A DNA stretch of 28,353 bases from a virus (taxonomy: Duplodnaviria > Heunggongvirae > Uroviricota > Caudoviricetes). The position numbers and the translations under genes were made by a program. Position 1 is the stretch's first letter. Each line of letters opens with the position of its first letter. Shown in pieces: positions 8,918 to 21,258 of the stretch. Below the pieces are notes generated by a model that was given only the letters and a program-made list of their open reading frames with translations, ran no database searches and was not told the origin of the DNA. The stretch is taken from the IMG/VR virus record IMGVR_UViG_648276669_000001, one strand, 5' to 3'.

Positions 8918-10302
8918 TACTGCCCTCCGAGATATTTGCTAATTAATTCGTCATCGGACAATTGCTGTTGAGGTTGGCTATCGCCATAACTTGAGGAAAG
9001 AAAACGTTTTGCCGCAGAGTTCAATGATTCACCCTTCTTAACATCCATCCCCATGATGTTTCGGTTGCGATCAGATTGTCCAGGGCTGCCGTTTGCACTC
9101 ATCCACTCTGACCTAAACTCGTTGAACTTCGCGTTATTACTTTCCATTTTTGCCATACCCCTTAACCATCGAGCCATGACCATTGGATTATCCGTTTCGC
9201 TTGGAATGCCTTTCCTTGCAAACTCAATATCCTTATCTGATGCAGGGCCGGGAGGTAGAAGCTTGGTTGCCTGCGCATTGGCTAGTTGGTTGAATCTAAT
9301 CCGCATATCTCGGAGGTAGTTATCTTGCCCCGTAAGCTTAGAGAACATATTTTCAGCGTTACCGAACAAACCAGGAGTTGGCTTCTCCTTCTCCAGCGTG
9401 TCAGCGAGCGTTGTCATTGAATCGGCAGCATTACGACTAGCTGCCGCATCACCTGCTGATTTTTCTATAGCCTTTTCCATGTTCACGGATAGTTTTGGCG
9501 CAGCATTAATAAGTTCATCGGCCTTCTTTTGTGCCTGTTGTACTTCAAAACCGAATTTCTGCTTATCAAGTGCCAGTCTTTCTGCTGCAAGTCCGTGTCC
9601 AGTCATTGCTGACTGATAGGAAAGGTTTTGCCCTCTCGCCTGAAGTGCCTCGCCAGCCTGATTGCTGCGGATTGTCTCTGCCAGCCTGCCTCGGTCAATT
9701 TCACGACCAGCCATCTTGTCCTGAACAGCAAACGCCTTTTCTGGCCCAAGTGCACCGAGAGACATAGTAGTCAGCATGTGTGATAGCTGCTCTGGATTCT
9801 GGATACCTGTCTGAATCATCCAGTCAGCATTAGCACCAACGCGATTTAACCTGTCCTTGTTGTCAGTAATGAATTTACTGTAGGCTTCCGGTCCCTGAGA
9901 AAGAGCGACGTTAGCCCTCATGGCTAAATCGCCCATATCGTTGCGTTGCTGCTCATTAAGACCAGAAAACGCCTGTTGTGCCTGTGCAACAAACGCTGGA
10001 TTTTCCTGGGCAAACTTAAATAGTCCCGATGGATCACCAGAAGCCCATGCATCAGCATGAACCTTATTGAACGCACTAATCGCTTTCTGTTGCTGTTCCT
10101 GATTGTAAATATCAGCAACTCCAGCCAGGCCACGTAACGCGGTCAGGCCAACGTTATTTGCACCTGAGCGAGCCAGTTCATTGTTTTCGCGGATCAGACC
10201 AAGCGTTGCGTTAATGTCGCTTGCCTTTGGCGCATTCTCATTTTGCGTACCGATGCCAGCCAGAAAACCACCAGAATTAATACCCTGTTGCCACGTAGCC
10301 AT
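8917..10302 (-). CDS. Ejection protein, P22 gp20 homolog
   Basis: 461 aa ORF in the gene 20 position; gene order 14-7-20-16 conserved. Confidence 0.85.
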   Translation of the reverse strand: MATWQQGINSGGFLAGIGTQNENAPKASDINATLGLIRENNELARSGANNVGLTALRGLAGVADIYNQEQQQKAISAFNKVHADAWASGDPSGLFKFAQENPAFVAQAQQAFSGLNEQQRNDMGDLAMRANVALSQGPEAYSKFITDNKDRLNRVGANADWMIQTGIQNPEQLSHMLTTMSLGALGPEKAFAVQDKMAGREIDRGRLAETIRSNQAGEALQARGQNLSYQSAMTGHGLAAERLALDKQKFGFEVQQAQKKADELINAAPKLSVNMEKAIEKSAGDAAASRNAADSMTTLADTLEKEKPTPGLFGNAENMFSKLTGQDNYLRDMRIRFNQLANAQATKLLPPGPASDKDIEFARKGIPSETDNPMVMARWLRGMAKMESNNAKFNEFRSEWMSANGSPGQSDRNRNIMGMDVKKGESLNSAAKRFLSSSYGDSQPQQQLSDDELISKYLGGQ

Positions 10303-10312
10303 TGATTACCCC

Positions 10313-11008
10313 TTAATAAAGCAGTGAACCAAGCAGACCGATACCAGCACCGATACCAGCACCCCACGGAGTTGATGAACCAATTAATTTCGCAAGTCCA
10401 GCCCCAGCAATGGCACCAGACGCACCTCCACCAATAGCAGATTGCAATGCTGACGGTCGGTTGGCGTTTGCCGCAGCCAGCGCCGCGCTTTGCTGTGAAA
10501 TCTGACTCATGTTGTTGGCATATGTTTGCCCGGCATTTGCCTGACCCTGAAGCGCGCCAAGACCAATATTTGCCAGATTCTGGTAGTTGTTCATCTGACC
10601 AGACAGCCACTGCTGACCAAGCGTTGGTGCGATTGTTGCTAACTGATTACTGGTTGCGGTGGAACCCAATCCACCTGTTGCTTCCGCTGCCGCCAGACTC
10701 TGATAGCGCGCCTGACCAGCAAAGTCTTTGTACTGCTGAGAGTTGTAATACTGGTTAAGCGCCTGACCTTGCCCCTCCAGAGACGATAAGTTCTCGAGGC
10801 TGCCGACATACTTCTCAGCCAGAGGAGTAAACGGTTTCAGGTTGTTCATGATGGTGTTGAACTGCTGATTTTGCAGGTCTGCGGCATACTTCTGAGCTTC
10901 TGCTGCATACTTTGCGCTTTTATCAGAGCTGCCACCTTTCCCGCCTTTTTCAGGGCAATAAGGTTCCTCGCCGCGCAGTTTTCTGCCCAGCTTAAATGCA
11001 TATAACAT
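10313..11008 (-). CDS. Ejection protein, P22 gp7 homolog
   Basis: 231 aa; N-terminus MLYAFKLGRKLRGEEPYCPEKGGKGGS resembles P22 gp7; Gly/Ala/Gln-rich C-terminus. Confidence 0.8.
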   Translation of the reverse strand: MLYAFKLGRKLRGEEPYCPEKGGKGGSSDKSAKYAAEAQKYAADLQNQQFNTIMNNLKPFTPLAEKYVGSLENLSSLEGQGQALNQYYNSQQYKDFAGQARYQSLAAAEATGGLGSTATSNQLATIAPTLGQQWLSGQMNNYQNLANIGLGALQGQANAGQTYANNMSQISQQSAALAAANANRPSALQSAIGGGASGAIAGAGLAKLIGSSTPWGAGIGAGIGLLGSLLY

Positions 11009-11010
11009 GG

Positions 11011-11466
11011 CTATCTCCCGTTATTCAGGAAGTCGATTAGTTCTTCACGTGTGGCGCTGTAAAACGTCACGTCATCCACGCCTTTGAAGTATTTCTTGAT
11101 AGTTCCTACACGCTTAAGGCCAATCATTGCGCAGTACATCTGCCCGTGGCGGAATTTGCGCGCAGCGAACGATGTGACGCACTGAACGGTGGTGTTAGTC
11201 AGAATGTATCGCCAGAACGCCAGACCGATTTCCTTGCTGAAGCCGCGAACCTCTGGCAGGTACATGGCGTGGCAATCGAATGTCAGCGGCTGAATCTCCT
11301 GATAGTAAACAATGCCGCCAAACTGACCGTGCACGTTAACCTCAAAGTAACGGCATTCAGGCTTGTAGTCGTATCCATCACCGTTGTTGCTCCCGGCGAT
11401 AATGTCGGGGTGATTTCCCACGGCTTCTATCAGGTCGATGTTTCGCGTTGGTTTGAATGTAATCAT
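11011..11466 (-). CDS. P22 gp14-position protein (head assembly/ejection accessory)
   Basis: 151 aa ORF between the tail-needle and gp7 genes as in P22; identity by synteny only. Confidence 0.7.
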   Translation of the reverse strand: MITFKPTRNIDLIEAVGNHPDIIAGSNNGDGYDYKPECRYFEVNVHGQFGGIVYYQEIQPLTFDCHAMYLPEVRGFSKEIGLAFWRYILTNTTVQCVTSFAARKFRHGQMYCAMIGLKRVGTIKKYFKGVDDVTFYSATREELIDFLNNGR

Positions 11467-12167
11467 CAGTCAATCAGCCCATGTAATCTAAGTGCTGTTT
11501 CAAGCGCCAGAATACGCTGCCGCGACTGCTGCAAACCTGTAGCGAGATCTGCGACTTCGGATTGTGCGTACGTAGTGCCGACAGTGTATGACTGGTTAGC
11601 GTTGAATGAGCCAAGAAGTGGCGTACCTGTGGCTGCAGTCCATCCGGTATTTCTTGCTCCAACAACCTGAATGCCATCAACTGAATATGATGTTTTTACA
11701 TCCAGCGGTGACGCAAGAGACTGCGATTCGGTTACGGTTTTCGATACGTAATCACTCTTAATGCCAGAGACATCGTTTTCTACGTCATCCAGTCTTTGGT
11801 CAACAGTGACCAGATGCGCCTGAATATCGATAACCTCATCCAGCAAGTAATCAACATCGCTACGCAGTACGACTATCTTCCCTTCGGCAGTTGTTAACCT
11901 GACCTCAAGTAGATTTATCGCTTTTGTGTTTGCGGTGATTCTTGCGTCGTGCTCAGCCAGTTCGACATCCTGTTCATCGTTTTTTACCTGGGCATCGTAA
12001 GCGCCCTGACCAGCCTGATTTGCCTTCCCGGCAATTGCGCCGACATCAGCCCCCTGATTAATGACATACAGCAGGTAAGACTGGCTGAATATATTGCGTG
12101 GAAGGATTGATGTATCGAGCCGCGTCGCCTGTACAATAACAGGTGTGTTGAGATTTGAATCAGCCAT
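11466..12167 (-). CDS. Tail needle protein, P22 gp26 homolog
   Basis: 233 aa; N-terminus [35 protein letters not shown] and coiled-coil middle region resemble gp26. Confidence 0.85.
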   Translation of the reverse strand: MADSNLNTPVIVQATRLDTSILPRNIFSQSYLLYVINQGADVGAIAGKANQAGQGAYDAQVKNDEQDVELAEHDARITANTKAINLLEVRLTTAEGKIVVLRSDVDYLLDEVIDIQAHLVTVDQRLDDVENDVSGIKSDYVSKTVTESQSLASPLDVKTSYSVDGIQVVGARNTGWTAATGTPLLGSFNANQSYTVGTTYAQSEVADLATGLQQSRQRILALETALRLHGLID

Positions 12168-13585
12168 TACTCAATCCTTACCTGGCAACCAGACAAAGTG
12201 ATAGGTGACTTCGTGATAACGCGCAATTTGAAGCCGACATTTTTCCTGACGCGCCCTACTCGTTTCCACAAAACGCGTTTGTCGTAAACGAACGGTTCAT
12301 TCTGCTCAATCATCTGCTCACGTCCGTAATTAATGCCGTCAGTGGTTACCGATAGGAACAGTCGGTCGGCGTACTGCGCAACGCCAGTTGACGATTCAAC
12401 CTCAAGGTCAAACACCCTGGCATTATCCGCTTTGAACAGTGGAGTAAACAGCAAGTGTTCCTGTTGCTTGTCGTACTGGCTGCTGATGTCGAATTGCAAT
12501 TTCCCGGTCACGGGTTCCAGTTTATCGCCGCACGTTATCTGATTGCCTTCGTAAATGAAGTCGATAGCGCGGTACACATCGTCATACAGTCCAGTTTTCA
12601 GCACACACCATTGTGGGCCATTGGCGCTTGAAGATGCGTCGTAAACAAGAACATGGCGCGGCAGGTGGATAATCAGCAACTCATGAGCATCAAAGCGCAA
12701 CGATTCCATCACACCATCAGCCAGTTCATCAGCAGTGTAGGAGCGGAGGATTTTCTCAATGCTCGCGCTGGCGATTGGTGACACCTGACCGGATCCGATG
12801 ATGTATACAGACGGCGCACCTGTTGCCGGATTGCTGATAAACGCATAGGAATCAGCAAACGGCGTTTTGCAGTAAGTCCCGGCGATGCCTTTTTGCACCA
12901 TCAGTGATGGCTGTGCGACATACAAAGCAGCACCAACGGTGGTTGCTCCAGTAAGGGAGAAATATTCAATAGTCGATGAACCAAAGCAGACGATGAAGTC
13001 TCGCCATGTCCCGATACCGATGATGCCGTCCGGCTGCGATTCTGCGCGATATTGTGCACTGTATCGGTCAGGATGCGATTCGTCTTCAAGGTCAGTGATA
13101 AACCATGAATCAGTTCCGTCTTTTGACCACGCATAACGCCCACGTAAGCGCGTAATGTCGCGGACCGAGCCTAACTCATACTGAGTGAATCCGCTATCAG
13201 TAGGCCAGTTTGAGACGGTTTTAACCGTGCCATCATAGCGATACTCTACCAGTTGACCATTAACGCCTACCGCCTGTGATGTCCGGCCATGCGCCATTGA
13301 TACACGACCACTTCCTGAAACATCACCGACTTCACTTTCTCCTTTGTAGAGCTTGCCGCCACACACACGATAAACAGCATTCTGCGCCATGTTGTACTCG
13401 ACGCCGCGAGATACACCGTTCACATCAGAGCGTTTGGCAATGCCAGGGAATGAGCGAAGATATCCGCTGCTGTTCAGTATTTCTTTGGGTGTAGCCAACA
13501 TATTCACTGGCAGATAGTCGATATAGTCGGCATTTCGGAAGTCTTTGCCGACACCTTTCATAAGCGGAAGTTGCTGAATCGGCAT
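12167..13585 (-). CDS. Tail hub protein, P22 gp10 homolog
   Basis: 472 aa, same length and position as P22 gp10. Confidence 0.85.
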   Translation of the reverse strand: MPIQQLPLMKGVGKDFRNADYIDYLPVNMLATPKEILNSSGYLRSFPGIAKRSDVNGVSRGVEYNMAQNAVYRVCGGKLYKGESEVGDVSGSGRVSMAHGRTSQAVGVNGQLVEYRYDGTVKTVSNWPTDSGFTQYELGSVRDITRLRGRYAWSKDGTDSWFITDLEDESHPDRYSAQYRAESQPDGIIGIGTWRDFIVCFGSSTIEYFSLTGATTVGAALYVAQPSLMVQKGIAGTYCKTPFADSYAFISNPATGAPSVYIIGSGQVSPIASASIEKILRSYTADELADGVMESLRFDAHELLIIHLPRHVLVYDASSSANGPQWCVLKTGLYDDVYRAIDFIYEGNQITCGDKLEPVTGKLQFDISSQYDKQQEHLLFTPLFKADNARVFDLEVESSTGVAQYADRLFLSVTTDGINYGREQMIEQNEPFVYDKRVLWKRVGRVRKNVGFKLRVITKSPITLSGCQVRIE

Positions 13586-14086
13586 TTATTCGCTCCCGTT
13601 ATCGCAAGGTTCCTTCCGGTGGAAGTAATTCCAACCGTTCCACTTCGCCAACTGATTACCACTACCAACAGGCATAAGGTTTGGATAACCGGACTTACAT
13701 TTAGCGGCTTTTGCTCTGTCCATTGCAGACAGTTTGACGAGTCGCTCTTTCCCGTATCTGGCAGTGGTTATAAGTTTTGCAGGCGCTTCCAGCGCATAAT
13801 CCGGTGCAATGCGGCAGGCAAGGTTGAAAATGACAGCATTGATAGCGTTATTTGATAAACCGTGCTCATCGCCCGGATCTGGAGCGACATCTGCATCAGC
13901 GAAAATGTAGCCAACGTTGATACCAGGTGACACATCACCGCCAAGCCATTCAGCCATCATCATTTCAAGGTCATTGACGCCGTCTTCCATGGACTGCGGT
14001 TCGACATCAGTTAACGTGGCATTTGATGCCACACCGAGCTTACGTAATGCCGCAAGAACTAAATCACCCTTCGTTGTCAGGTTCAT
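13586..14086 (-). CDS. Tail adaptor protein, P22 gp4 homolog
   Basis: Translation from the internal ATG ([48 protein letters not shown]...) matches P22 gp4 from memory. The longer ORF-track start (14173) overlaps another frame and is rejected. Confidence 0.85.
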   Translation of the reverse strand: MNLTTKGDLVLAALRKLGVASNATLTDVEPQSMEDGVNDLEMMMAEWLGGDVSPGINVGYIFADADVAPDPGDEHGLSNNAINAVIFNLACRIAPDYALEAPAKLITTARYGKERLVKLSAMDRAKAAKCKSGYPNLMPVGSGNQLAKWNGWNYFHRKEPCDNGSE

Positions 14087-14312
14087 CTGCTGCCGCCTTA
14101 GGTTTTCGACCAGGCTTTTTACGCTGTTTTTCTTCTGGCTCTGGCTTTGGATCTGGCTCTGGATCTGCAACATCCTTCAAAAGGTCATCAGGATGTGAAA
14201 ACCAACCAGCATCCAGATATTCCTGAAGCTCTTCGGCTTTCACGATTTCAAAGTCGTATCCAACGCCTTTCCACTTCTTCATGTCGCCATGACGAAAGAT
14301 CATGTGTGTCAT
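14064..14312 (-). CDS. Small hypothetical protein between the coat and gp4 genes, with an acidic Pro-rich C-terminal tail ([22 protein letters not shown])
   Basis: Open frame with GGAG RBS before the internal ATG ([16 protein letters not shown]...); a similarly placed extra gene exists in Sf6-type relatives as far as I recall. The GTG at the ORF-track start lies inside a terminator hairpin and is unlikely to be used. Confidence 0.45.
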   Translation of the reverse strand: MTHMIFRHGDMKKWKGVGYDFEIVKAEELQEYLDAGWFSHPDDLLKDVADPEPDPKPEPEEKQRKKPGRKPKAAADEPDNEG

Positions 14313-14325
14313 GCTTGTCTCCAGA

Positions 14326-14350
14326 TAAAAAAGGGAGCCGAAGCTCCCTC
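14326..14350 (-). terminator. Hairpin plus T-run immediately downstream of the coat gene (GGGAGC-TTCG-GCTCCC then TTTTTT on the minus strand)
   Basis: Seen in sequence. Confidence 0.6.
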
Positions 14351-14356
14351 TGGTTA

Positions 14357-15652
14357 TCACGCGGTCTGGTTAGGAAGACCAACACCAATTGCCTCTGGTC
14401 GTACAGCACATGCTGAATACCACACAGCAATACGGCACTTACCAGACAGAGTGTTGATATCACCCTGCGTTGCGAAGATGCCGTTAACACCAATACCAGG
14501 AATGCTGAAGGAAGACGTTTTCATGCCAGCAAACAGTTCATGGGTTACCGGGATCGGCTGAGACAGCAGACGGATTGAGTCATCAGCCCAGAACACATTA
14601 GCGGTGGTTGTTGCCACGTTCAGAACGTTTACCGGAGTGGTATCAGCAAGAGAGGTGTTTACGTTAGCGTAAGCCTTCTCTTCTTTTGTCAGTGACGCGT
14701 CATCCAGTGCAATCGGTTTCGGCGTGATTTCGATGTGAGTACCATCGATCACACGGGTGATTGAGAAAGTCGCATCATCAGTTAGCACGTTCTTCGCCAT
14801 CTGAGACAGGAATTTCACACCAGTGAAACTGATTTTGTCGCCGCGCTTAAATCCGGTGGTGGAGGATACGGTCACCGTTGCAACACGGTTGTCGACGTTC
14901 TCTTTGTTACCATCGGTATCAAGGGTGTATGCCTGCGGCTTAAACTTCTGCGCACCAGAAACAGTTACACCAGTAGCGGTTGACTTGGTAACTGCCGGAA
15001 GTTTCGGTGAGCGAAGAATTTCATCAAAGCCAGCAATCTGACGCTGAATAGTACCGTTGCGATACGCTTCTTCAGGAACGCGACCGAAGATGTCACCATC
15101 TACCAGGTTGCGGCCTGCTTTGCGGTAATCGTCAGGGTTCAGGAAGTAACTGATGCCCATGTCGCGGTTGAGTTCGCGGGAGAACATCAGGCGCTCTGCA
15201 TCAGACACAAAATCCCAGCCAGACAGGCCAGTAGATGGACCAATTGCGCGGGTATCGTGAACAACAAGTGAGCCCATTTCAGTTGCCTGTTTGGCAATTG
15301 CTGACTCAATGTTATTCGCCAGTTTTTTAGCGGATGCCTGGATGCGGCGACGGTAAGAACGCTCATCACGCAGGTCATCTGCACGAAGCTCGAAGAAATC
15401 GTTATCCGGATCGCCCATGTTGCATTTCACGGAGAGTTCCAGAATCCCAGTTGCGTTGCCAGTTAAATCCCAGCCAGTCTGGGTTGGCGCTTCCTGCTCA
15501 ACAGGCATCCACACGGTGTTGCTTGAACGCTGCATGGATTCTGCCGGAGGGGTGTATTTTGTCACTTTGGACGCCATTGGCGTCAGATTCTGGACGGTTT
15601 CGATGATTTCATCCAGAGCATACGTGACCAGTTGACCTTCATTTAATGCCAT
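14357..15652 (-). CDS. Major coat protein, P22 gp5 homolog
   Basis: 431 aa; [21 protein letters not shown]... and C-terminus ...[14 protein letters not shown] closely match P22 coat protein as I recall it. Confidence 0.95.
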   Translation of the reverse strand: MALNEGQLVTYALDEIIETVQNLTPMASKVTKYTPPAESMQRSSNTVWMPVEQEAPTQTGWDLTGNATGILELSVKCNMGDPDNDFFELRADDLRDERSYRRRIQASAKKLANNIESAIAKQATEMGSLVVHDTRAIGPSTGLSGWDFVSDAERLMFSRELNRDMGISYFLNPDDYRKAGRNLVDGDIFGRVPEEAYRNGTIQRQIAGFDEILRSPKLPAVTKSTATGVTVSGAQKFKPQAYTLDTDGNKENVDNRVATVTVSSTTGFKRGDKISFTGVKFLSQMAKNVLTDDATFSITRVIDGTHIEITPKPIALDDASLTKEEKAYANVNTSLADTTPVNVLNVATTTANVFWADDSIRLLSQPIPVTHELFAGMKTSSFSIPGIGVNGIFATQGDINTLSGKCRIAVWYSACAVRPEAIGVGLPNQTA

Positions 15653-16563
15653 TATCGAATTCCTTTATTCAGTTGCGCCTTGAGCTTGCGGTACGTCTCT
15701 ACATCCCCTTTGTTTGCTGCCGCTTCCATCTGCTTTTCAATCGCAGAGATATTTGCAGCAACAGCGTGTCCCTGAATTGGTTCATCAGGTAACGGGGCTT
15801 CTGAAACAGGCTTGGCTCGAGGCTTGAGAGTTAAACGTTCTGACAGTCGAGTGAGTTCAATCAGCGCGGATTGCCCGTCCATCGCCAGCAACTGGCGTGT
15901 TTTTTCAGGATTAGCACCAAGGTGATACATGAGAGCAGCGGATTTCTCCGGGAAGAGGCGCATGATGTCGGCACCGACTGCTGGCGGCACCAGTTGCATG
16001 AATGCATCCTCTTTCTCCTGATAGTCAGGGATATTGAGCTTTTCCGCTGCGTCGTAGTGCTTACGGGCTGCCTCGACGTATTGCGCTGATTGCTGGGTGA
16101 ACTCCTGAGTTTTGCGACCCTGCTCGGCGACAGCCTGGCTTCGTGCGTCCATAGCCTTGATCTGCCATTCACTGTTTGCCTGCTGGAAGGCAGCCAGTGC
16201 GCGGCTCTGGTCATAGTCGTACTTAGCCAGTGCATCTTCGGAAAGATAATCGTTAGGGTCTGGTTGTTTTGGTAACTCAGGGTTCACCCGCAGGTGCTCC
16301 GGCAACTCTCCACGCTTAACCGCTTCCATCTGCTGCTCAAGCTCACGCTGGCGTTTGCGTTCGATGCGGCGACGGGCAAATTCAGCATTAGTTGCCGGGT
16401 CTTGTTTTGGTTTCTCATCGTCTTTCAGGACAATCTCGAAGCCTTCTTCCTGACCTGCGTTGTCGTTGGCATTATCGACAACTAAGCCATCAGCAGATGC
16501 CGCTGCATGATTGCCGGGCAGGGTTAATTCTTCAGAAGCCTGAATGTCGGTGGTTTGGTCCAT
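15652..16563 (-). CDS. Scaffolding protein, P22 gp8 homolog
   Basis: 303 aa; large stretches ([31 protein letters not shown]..., C-terminal [11 protein letters not shown]) match P22 gp8 from memory. Confidence 0.9.
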   Translation of the reverse strand: MDQTTDIQASEELTLPGNHAAASADGLVVDNANDNAGQEEGFEIVLKDDEKPKQDPATNAEFARRRIERKRQRELEQQMEAVKRGELPEHLRVNPELPKQPDPNDYLSEDALAKYDYDQSRALAAFQQANSEWQIKAMDARSQAVAEQGRKTQEFTQQSAQYVEAARKHYDAAEKLNIPDYQEKEDAFMQLVPPAVGADIMRLFPEKSAALMYHLGANPEKTRQLLAMDGQSALIELTRLSERLTLKPRAKPVSEAPLPDEPIQGHAVAANISAIEKQMEAAANKGDVETYRKLKAQLNKGIR

Positions 16564-16576
16564 GATTAACTCTCTC

Positions 16577-18742
16577 TTATTGAGGTGTCTCGGCTACTCC
16601 GCCGGAGGGGATTTGAACTTGACGCATAAGATTCGCGAAATCCATGCGTTGTGAATGAGTCTGGTCTGCATCTTTAAGAAGCAGCTCAGCGTTAGCACGA
16701 GCATCTTTGCTGCGCTGTTGCTGGAATTGACCTACTAGCTTGAGGTACTCACGCAGTTCTGCCTGCTTGTCGAGGTCCATATTGTTGAAGATTTCTGCAA
16801 TCTTCGCGGCGTTGAGTTGGTTTTGGGCTTCAACCTTGGCGGCTTCAACCTGAATCTGCGCCTGTTGGTTCTCTGCCTTGAGCAATTCAGCCTGACCTTG
16901 CAGAAGGATACCCTGCGCCTGAATTTGCTCTGCTGATGGCTGCTGCGGCTGCTGTTGAGCCTGCTGTACCATCTCCATCTCTTCAGGTGTTTCTGGTTTC
17001 TTCAGCCCCATCATCACCAGTTGCTTGTTCGCGTACTCTCGCATCATCTCGACGCCTTTACCGTCAAGCAGCGTGAAGTATTGCAGCATCAGCATCTGGA
17101 ACTCTGGAGTACCTTGCGGAACCTTGGTTAGCAACTCCTGAATCTCTGCGCGATTCTGTTCCTTCATGCTCTGGAAGGATGGTCCGACGTCTGTATAGCA
17201 CTCATAGCGACCGCGAATATCGTTGAGTGTGACCACATTGCCGGACTGGTAATCGACAACTTGCGCGTAGAGTTGAACGTCTTTCTCGCTACCATCTTCA
17301 AGTGTCAGCGTTACATGGCGAGGAACGTCATAAATATCGTTGACCATTGAGGCATAAATCTCGCCATCACGTCGCATTGCGGTAGCCAGGTTATCCTGAA
17401 ACACGTATGTCTCAAGGTCTGCCCGCATGTTCAGTTGATTGACGGTATCGAAAGCGACCTGAGAGTTTGCTGCCTGCGCATCCACGCCAAGACTAGCCAC
17501 CTCTTTCACTGCGTTGGTGGCAGCCTCAAGCATGTAAGCGTTGGCTTGCGGCACTTCAGGGTTTTCCATGTAGGAGATTGGACCAATCGGCAGGTCGTTA
17601 CCGTTTTCATCGGTCCTGTTCTGCAGATAGTACGGATAGTCATCATTTCCACCGTACATGTATTCGTAGCCTTCGATTTGCTCAGGGAAGAAGGTCGGTT
17701 TCTTCTTCGGTGAACGAGCAACAATATCGGCGTTGAATGACATGATCATGTTACGAAGGCGTTGACCGTCTTTCGTCAGCCTTACCACTCCTTCGTAGCA
17801 CTCCTTGTCACCAGCGAATGACCATTCGCCATACACTGGAACGATTGGAATATGCTCTCCGGCTATCTTCTCGCGGTCTTTCAGTATCTGTGTACAGGTG
17901 ACGATCGACTTATACACACGCCGACGCTTCACCTTACGCTCTGCTACCTTAATGAATCCACGATTAGCCAGGTCGTCGATAACGTCTTTAATATCCTGCT
18001 GGTAATAGCTGACCGGCTCACCTGTCAGCGGGTCGCGGTAGATGAAGACTTTCTCCTTCTTCTCTTCTACCTCGTAATACTCAGCGACGTAGACGACATC
18101 ATTCGATACCCACGGAAACAGCCATGTGTCGTTCGGATTCTGGAAAGATGGCAGGGTGTCAGGATCAATACCGTAATCCTCTGCGAACTCTTTCCAGCCA
18201 TTGCGTGACAAAGCGTTAATCACCGTGCAATGCTTAGCGTCGCTCTTATCCATCTGCTTGCTGTTGGCGTCCCATATGACGTGTGAGCAGGCTTCATGGA
18301 TTGGCAGGCGTCTGATTACCTGATTGTTGCTTGTTGGATCGTTGTCTTCGTACTGTGTGACCAGACGCCATGCACCAACGCCGGACTCTATCTGCTCACG
18401 AACGCCAACGTTAACGGCAATCTTTGCCGTGTTATGGCGCATATCAGTACGATACATTCCCATCAACACATCGGCAGCATCAGGATTAGCGCCGTCTTTT
18501 GGTCTGAAGAGAACGTCGATAGGGTTACGGCGCATCTCTGCGACCAGCTTCCTGACCACCGGGCGGACAACATCGAATTGTCCGCGATATTGCAGGGTGG
18601 TGTAGTTTGATAGCCAGTCATCCCATTGCGACACTCGGCTAAAATACAGGTCATTTGTCGCCTCGGTTCTGGCTTCATCGCTCGCCATCCAGTCCGCGTC
18701 AAACTTACACAGAATGGAATTGAGTCTGTTTTCGTCGGCCAT
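16577..18742 (-). CDS. Portal protein, P22 gp1 homolog
   Basis: 721 aa; [18 protein letters not shown]...[18 protein letters not shown]... and C-terminal coiled-coil barrel region match P22 portal from memory. Confidence 0.95.
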   Translation of the reverse strand: MADENRLNSILCKFDADWMASDEARTEATNDLYFSRVSQWDDWLSNYTTLQYRGQFDVVRPVVRKLVAEMRRNPIDVLFRPKDGANPDAADVLMGMYRTDMRHNTAKIAVNVGVREQIESGVGAWRLVTQYEDNDPTSNNQVIRRLPIHEACSHVIWDANSKQMDKSDAKHCTVINALSRNGWKEFAEDYGIDPDTLPSFQNPNDTWLFPWVSNDVVYVAEYYEVEEKKEKVFIYRDPLTGEPVSYYQQDIKDVIDDLANRGFIKVAERKVKRRRVYKSIVTCTQILKDREKIAGEHIPIVPVYGEWSFAGDKECYEGVVRLTKDGQRLRNMIMSFNADIVARSPKKKPTFFPEQIEGYEYMYGGNDDYPYYLQNRTDENGNDLPIGPISYMENPEVPQANAYMLEAATNAVKEVASLGVDAQAANSQVAFDTVNQLNMRADLETYVFQDNLATAMRRDGEIYASMVNDIYDVPRHVTLTLEDGSEKDVQLYAQVVDYQSGNVVTLNDIRGRYECYTDVGPSFQSMKEQNRAEIQELLTKVPQGTPEFQMLMLQYFTLLDGKGVEMMREYANKQLVMMGLKKPETPEEMEMVQQAQQQPQQPSAEQIQAQGILLQGQAELLKAENQQAQIQVEAAKVEAQNQLNAAKIAEIFNNMDLDKQAELREYLKLVGQFQQQRSKDARANAELLLKDADQTHSQRMDFANLMRQVQIPSGGVAETPQ

Positions 18743-20242
18743 TTAAGTTCTCCGTGCGATGGGCCTGATTGGGGCTGGTATCTTTTTCTCTTTTGGTTTT
18801 TTGATGTCGCGCATCATTTTGGCGAAGCGGCGCATCATGTATGCATAGCGAACGGCTGAGAGAACGTCGTCGTTAAGCTTGACGATCTTCCCGTTTTCAT
18901 CACGGTGATAGAGGCGGAATTCCTCAAAGAATGGTTCACAGGTGTTGAATACCTTGAAGCGACCATCTAGCATCATGTCGCGCAATTCAGTGATTCCAGG
19001 CTCAACAGCATTACCGCCATCAGGCCATGTCGCATGCTCCTGCAACATCATAAATCCAGCGTCCGCATACTGCCCTTTGAGCTGCTCACCGCCGCCCTTC
19101 TCGTGCTGGTTTCCGTCATGGGGCCATGCGGTTGGCACTTTATGCGCCCATGGTTTAACGGCTCCCCACGCCTGAACGGCTGTCTTTTCTTTCGCCTTCC
19201 ACACGCGTGAAAGGTAGATTATGTCTGCGTCCTTATCCCACCAAAGCTGAACCTGCGCCTGTGGGTGATCCCATCCGAAATCCATCCCGCCAATTACGTA
19301 GAAGTGATCAGGACACTCGAACGGCTGACACTTAATCGTCTCTTCAGGTATCTGGAAGATTCGACCACTACCCATCGTAGGAATACCGCGAGCACGCGCC
19401 TCTCTCTCATGCTCGGGATAGGATGCGATGATTTGCTCTTTCTGCTCGTCGGTGTAGTGCTCAGCGTCGTAGATGGTCATGTTGACCACTTTCTGCGACT
19501 TGCTGGGATTCTTCAGGAACTTGGTAACAACGTCAGACATCCCCATCAGCGGGGTAAACGTCAGAATTGAGAATTGCCCGTATTTGTTGGTACGGGTAAG
19601 GCCTTCGCCATAAATGCTGTATGGTGGTTCTTCGTCAAACCACACGCCGTGGATTGTGTCACCCTGCCAGCGAGCACGGCCTTGCGAGTATGGCTTGAAG
19701 TAGCAGATTGAAATGCCATCTTCAACGCCATCAGCCGTGTGATGCTTAACCAGAAGATGATCAACAAGGTTCGGAAAGAAAGGAGACTTCTTCCAGCTAA
19801 TGATGTCTTCTTTCGGTATGGAACCGTAGCCAGGTTCACCATTCTCTTCGATACGACCGCACAGGATGCGTTGAGTCGTTTTGGTTACAGTCTCGTTTGT
19901 CTCGCCACCAATCCAGAAGACAACAGGCTCATAGAAACGCTTACCTTTCCACTCACCGCCATATTTACCATCAGCAGGATAGCCTTTTGTGCCCGGATAA
20001 CGCCCGGTAAGGTGAAACGCGACTTCAGCAGCACCAGTAAATGACTTACCAAGCTGGTTACCAGCCATAAAACATCGCTCTGGATAGTCATGCCCGGCGT
20101 CGATGAACTCACGCTGTTTGCTGTATGGCGTAAATTCATATAGCAGGTGTGTGTTCCGGTAGCTCTCTTCTTCTTCGAGTAGCTCGAGCAATTCGATTTG
20201 CTCTTCGTCGCTCAGGTTATCAAGAATCGCGTCCAGTTCCAC
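18743..20242 (-). CDS. Terminase large subunit, P22 gp2 homolog
   Basis: 499 aa, same length as P22 gp2, immediately downstream of gp3. Confidence 0.9.
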   Translation of the reverse strand: MELDAILDNLSDEEQIELLELLEEEESYRNTHLLYEFTPYSKQREFIDAGHDYPERCFMAGNQLGKSFTGAAEVAFHLTGRYPGTKGYPADGKYGGEWKGKRFYEPVVFWIGGETNETVTKTTQRILCGRIEENGEPGYGSIPKEDIISWKKSPFFPNLVDHLLVKHHTADGVEDGISICYFKPYSQGRARWQGDTIHGVWFDEEPPYSIYGEGLTRTNKYGQFSILTFTPLMGMSDVVTKFLKNPSKSQKVVNMTIYDAEHYTDEQKEQIIASYPEHEREARARGIPTMGSGRIFQIPEETIKCQPFECPDHFYVIGGMDFGWDHPQAQVQLWWDKDADIIYLSRVWKAKEKTAVQAWGAVKPWAHKVPTAWPHDGNQHEKGGGEQLKGQYADAGFMMLQEHATWPDGGNAVEPGITELRDMMLDGRFKVFNTCEPFFEEFRLYHRDENGKIVKLNDDVLSAVRYAYMMRRFAKMMRDIKKPKEKKIPAPIRPIARRT

Positions 20243-20708
20243 GGTTGAATAGCTCCTTGATACGAGAGCGTCGCTTATCGCGATCTCCCTTATCAGGTGT
20301 CACGTCTTCAACTTGCGACTGCTCTTTGAGGCCCAAATCACGGGCGATGATGTTAGCATTGAGAAGGTCAGCGGCTGCGCCAGAAAATTTCTGGTCGTAG
20401 ATGACCTGTTCTGCTCGCGTAACGACTTCAGATAAATCTTCTCGCAGGCGATATGTGCGCCATGTTTCAAGCGTCACATCAATGAACAGAGTGAGGCCGG
20501 TAATGGTCATCGCTCGCATCTTGGCGATAGGCTCTTGTATCACTTCACCCTGATACGAGAACGCCTTCATCTCCCATAGCGGGTTAGCTTCTACCCACTC
20601 GAAGTATTCACAACAAGCAGCCCACAGCGCCTCAGGCGATTCGAATTTAGGATTTCGCCCATGACTACTGCGGGCCTCCCAAAATCGGTTGCCCTTTGGT
20701 GCCGCCAT
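20220..20708 (-). CDS. Terminase small subunit, P22 gp3 (162 aa from the second ATG)
   Basis: [50 protein letters not shown]... appears identical to P22 gp3 as I recall it. Confidence 0.9.
   Translation of the reverse strand: MAAPKGNRFWEARSSHGRNPKFESPEALWAACCEYFEWVEANPLWEMKAFSYQGEVIQEPIAKMRAMTITGLTLFIDVTLETWRTYRLREDLSEVVTRAEQVIYDQKFSGAAADLLNANIIARDLGLKEQSQVEDVTPDKGDRDKRRSRIKELFNRGTGRDS
20420..20441 (-). other. pac site (headful packaging recognition sequence) inside gene 3
   Basis: Minus-strand sequence GAAGATTTATCTGAAGTCGTTA matches the P22 pac consensus from memory and sits in the equivalent gp3 codons (REDLSEVVT). Confidence 0.65.
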
Positions 20709-20731
20709 ATTCATCTCACTTAATTGTCATT

Positions 20732-20911
20732 TCAGGTTGAGGACTCTTTCGTGCTTTCAATCAATGACTGCTTCAGCAATTCGAGTGTGCCAATCGCCTC
20801 GCATAAACTGATTTCACCATCGTAATCATGGATGACGCTTTCCATCCGCTCGTATAGCTCTTGAGTAATTGGGAATTTCTTCTCCTTACCCAAATTGATT
20901 ACGCGGCTCAC
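20732..20911 (-). CDS. Possible small ORF (59 aa, GTG start), hypothetical; below the ORF-track size cutoff
   Basis: My own translation: VSRVINLGKEKKFPITQELYERMESVIHDYDGEISLCEAIGTLELLKQSLIESTKESST; GGAG 6 nt upstream of GTG; start abuts the stop of the upstream 80-aa ORF. Confidence 0.3.
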   Translation of the reverse strand: MSRVINLGKEKKFPITQELYERMESVIHDYDGEISLCEAIGTLELLKQSLIESTKESST

Positions 20912-20912
20912 A

Positions 20913-21155
20913 TCATGCTCCGGTAGTGAACAGGTCTAACGCTTCCTTCGATTTACGCACCGCTTCGATAGTGCGAGATGTGAAGTCTGGATTTGCACCG
21001 CCATCGTTGTAGTGCAACTTGAACAATTCCAGTTTCAGTTGGTCGGCACTAATGAATGCAAAAGCTTCCTCTGCCGCTGAATTGTTCTTAGATAGCAGTC
21101 GGTAAATTTCTAACTTGAATTTCTGTTCTTCAGTCATGGGAATAATCTCTGCCAT
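20913..21155 (-). CDS. Hypothetical protein (80 aa)
   Basis: ORF with GGAG RBS about 9 nt upstream of ATG; no homolog recognised. Confidence 0.5.
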   Translation of the reverse strand: MAEIIPMTEEQKFKLEIYRLLSKNNSAAEEAFAFISADQLKLELFKLHYNDGGANPDFTSRTIEAVRKSKEALDLFTTGA

Positions 21156-21258
21156 TGTTGGCTCCGTTTATCCGTTAAAAGGGATATCAGTTAAGTTATC
21201 CCGTGTAGGGTATAAGCCATTATCAAAGCCACTCTGTAGGGAATGGCTTTTGTAATAA

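Noticed and set aside
7070-10758. Plus-strand ORFs of 66-106 aa inside the gp16/gp20/gp7 genes
   Set aside because: All are antisense to long, well-supported ejection-protein genes and lack RBSs; the Ala/Gly-rich coding sequence generates open antisense frames by chance.
11146-11670. 174-aa plus-strand ORF
   Set aside because: Lies entirely antisense to the gp14 and tail-needle genes, has no RBS and no recognisable product; typical spurious antisense ORF in GC-balanced coding DNA.
13586-14173. Long form of gp4 starting at 14173 ([11 protein letters not shown]...)
   Set aside because: The extension has no counterpart in P22 gp4 and overlaps the better-supported small ORF in another frame; the internal ATG at 14086 matches the P22 gp4 N-terminus.
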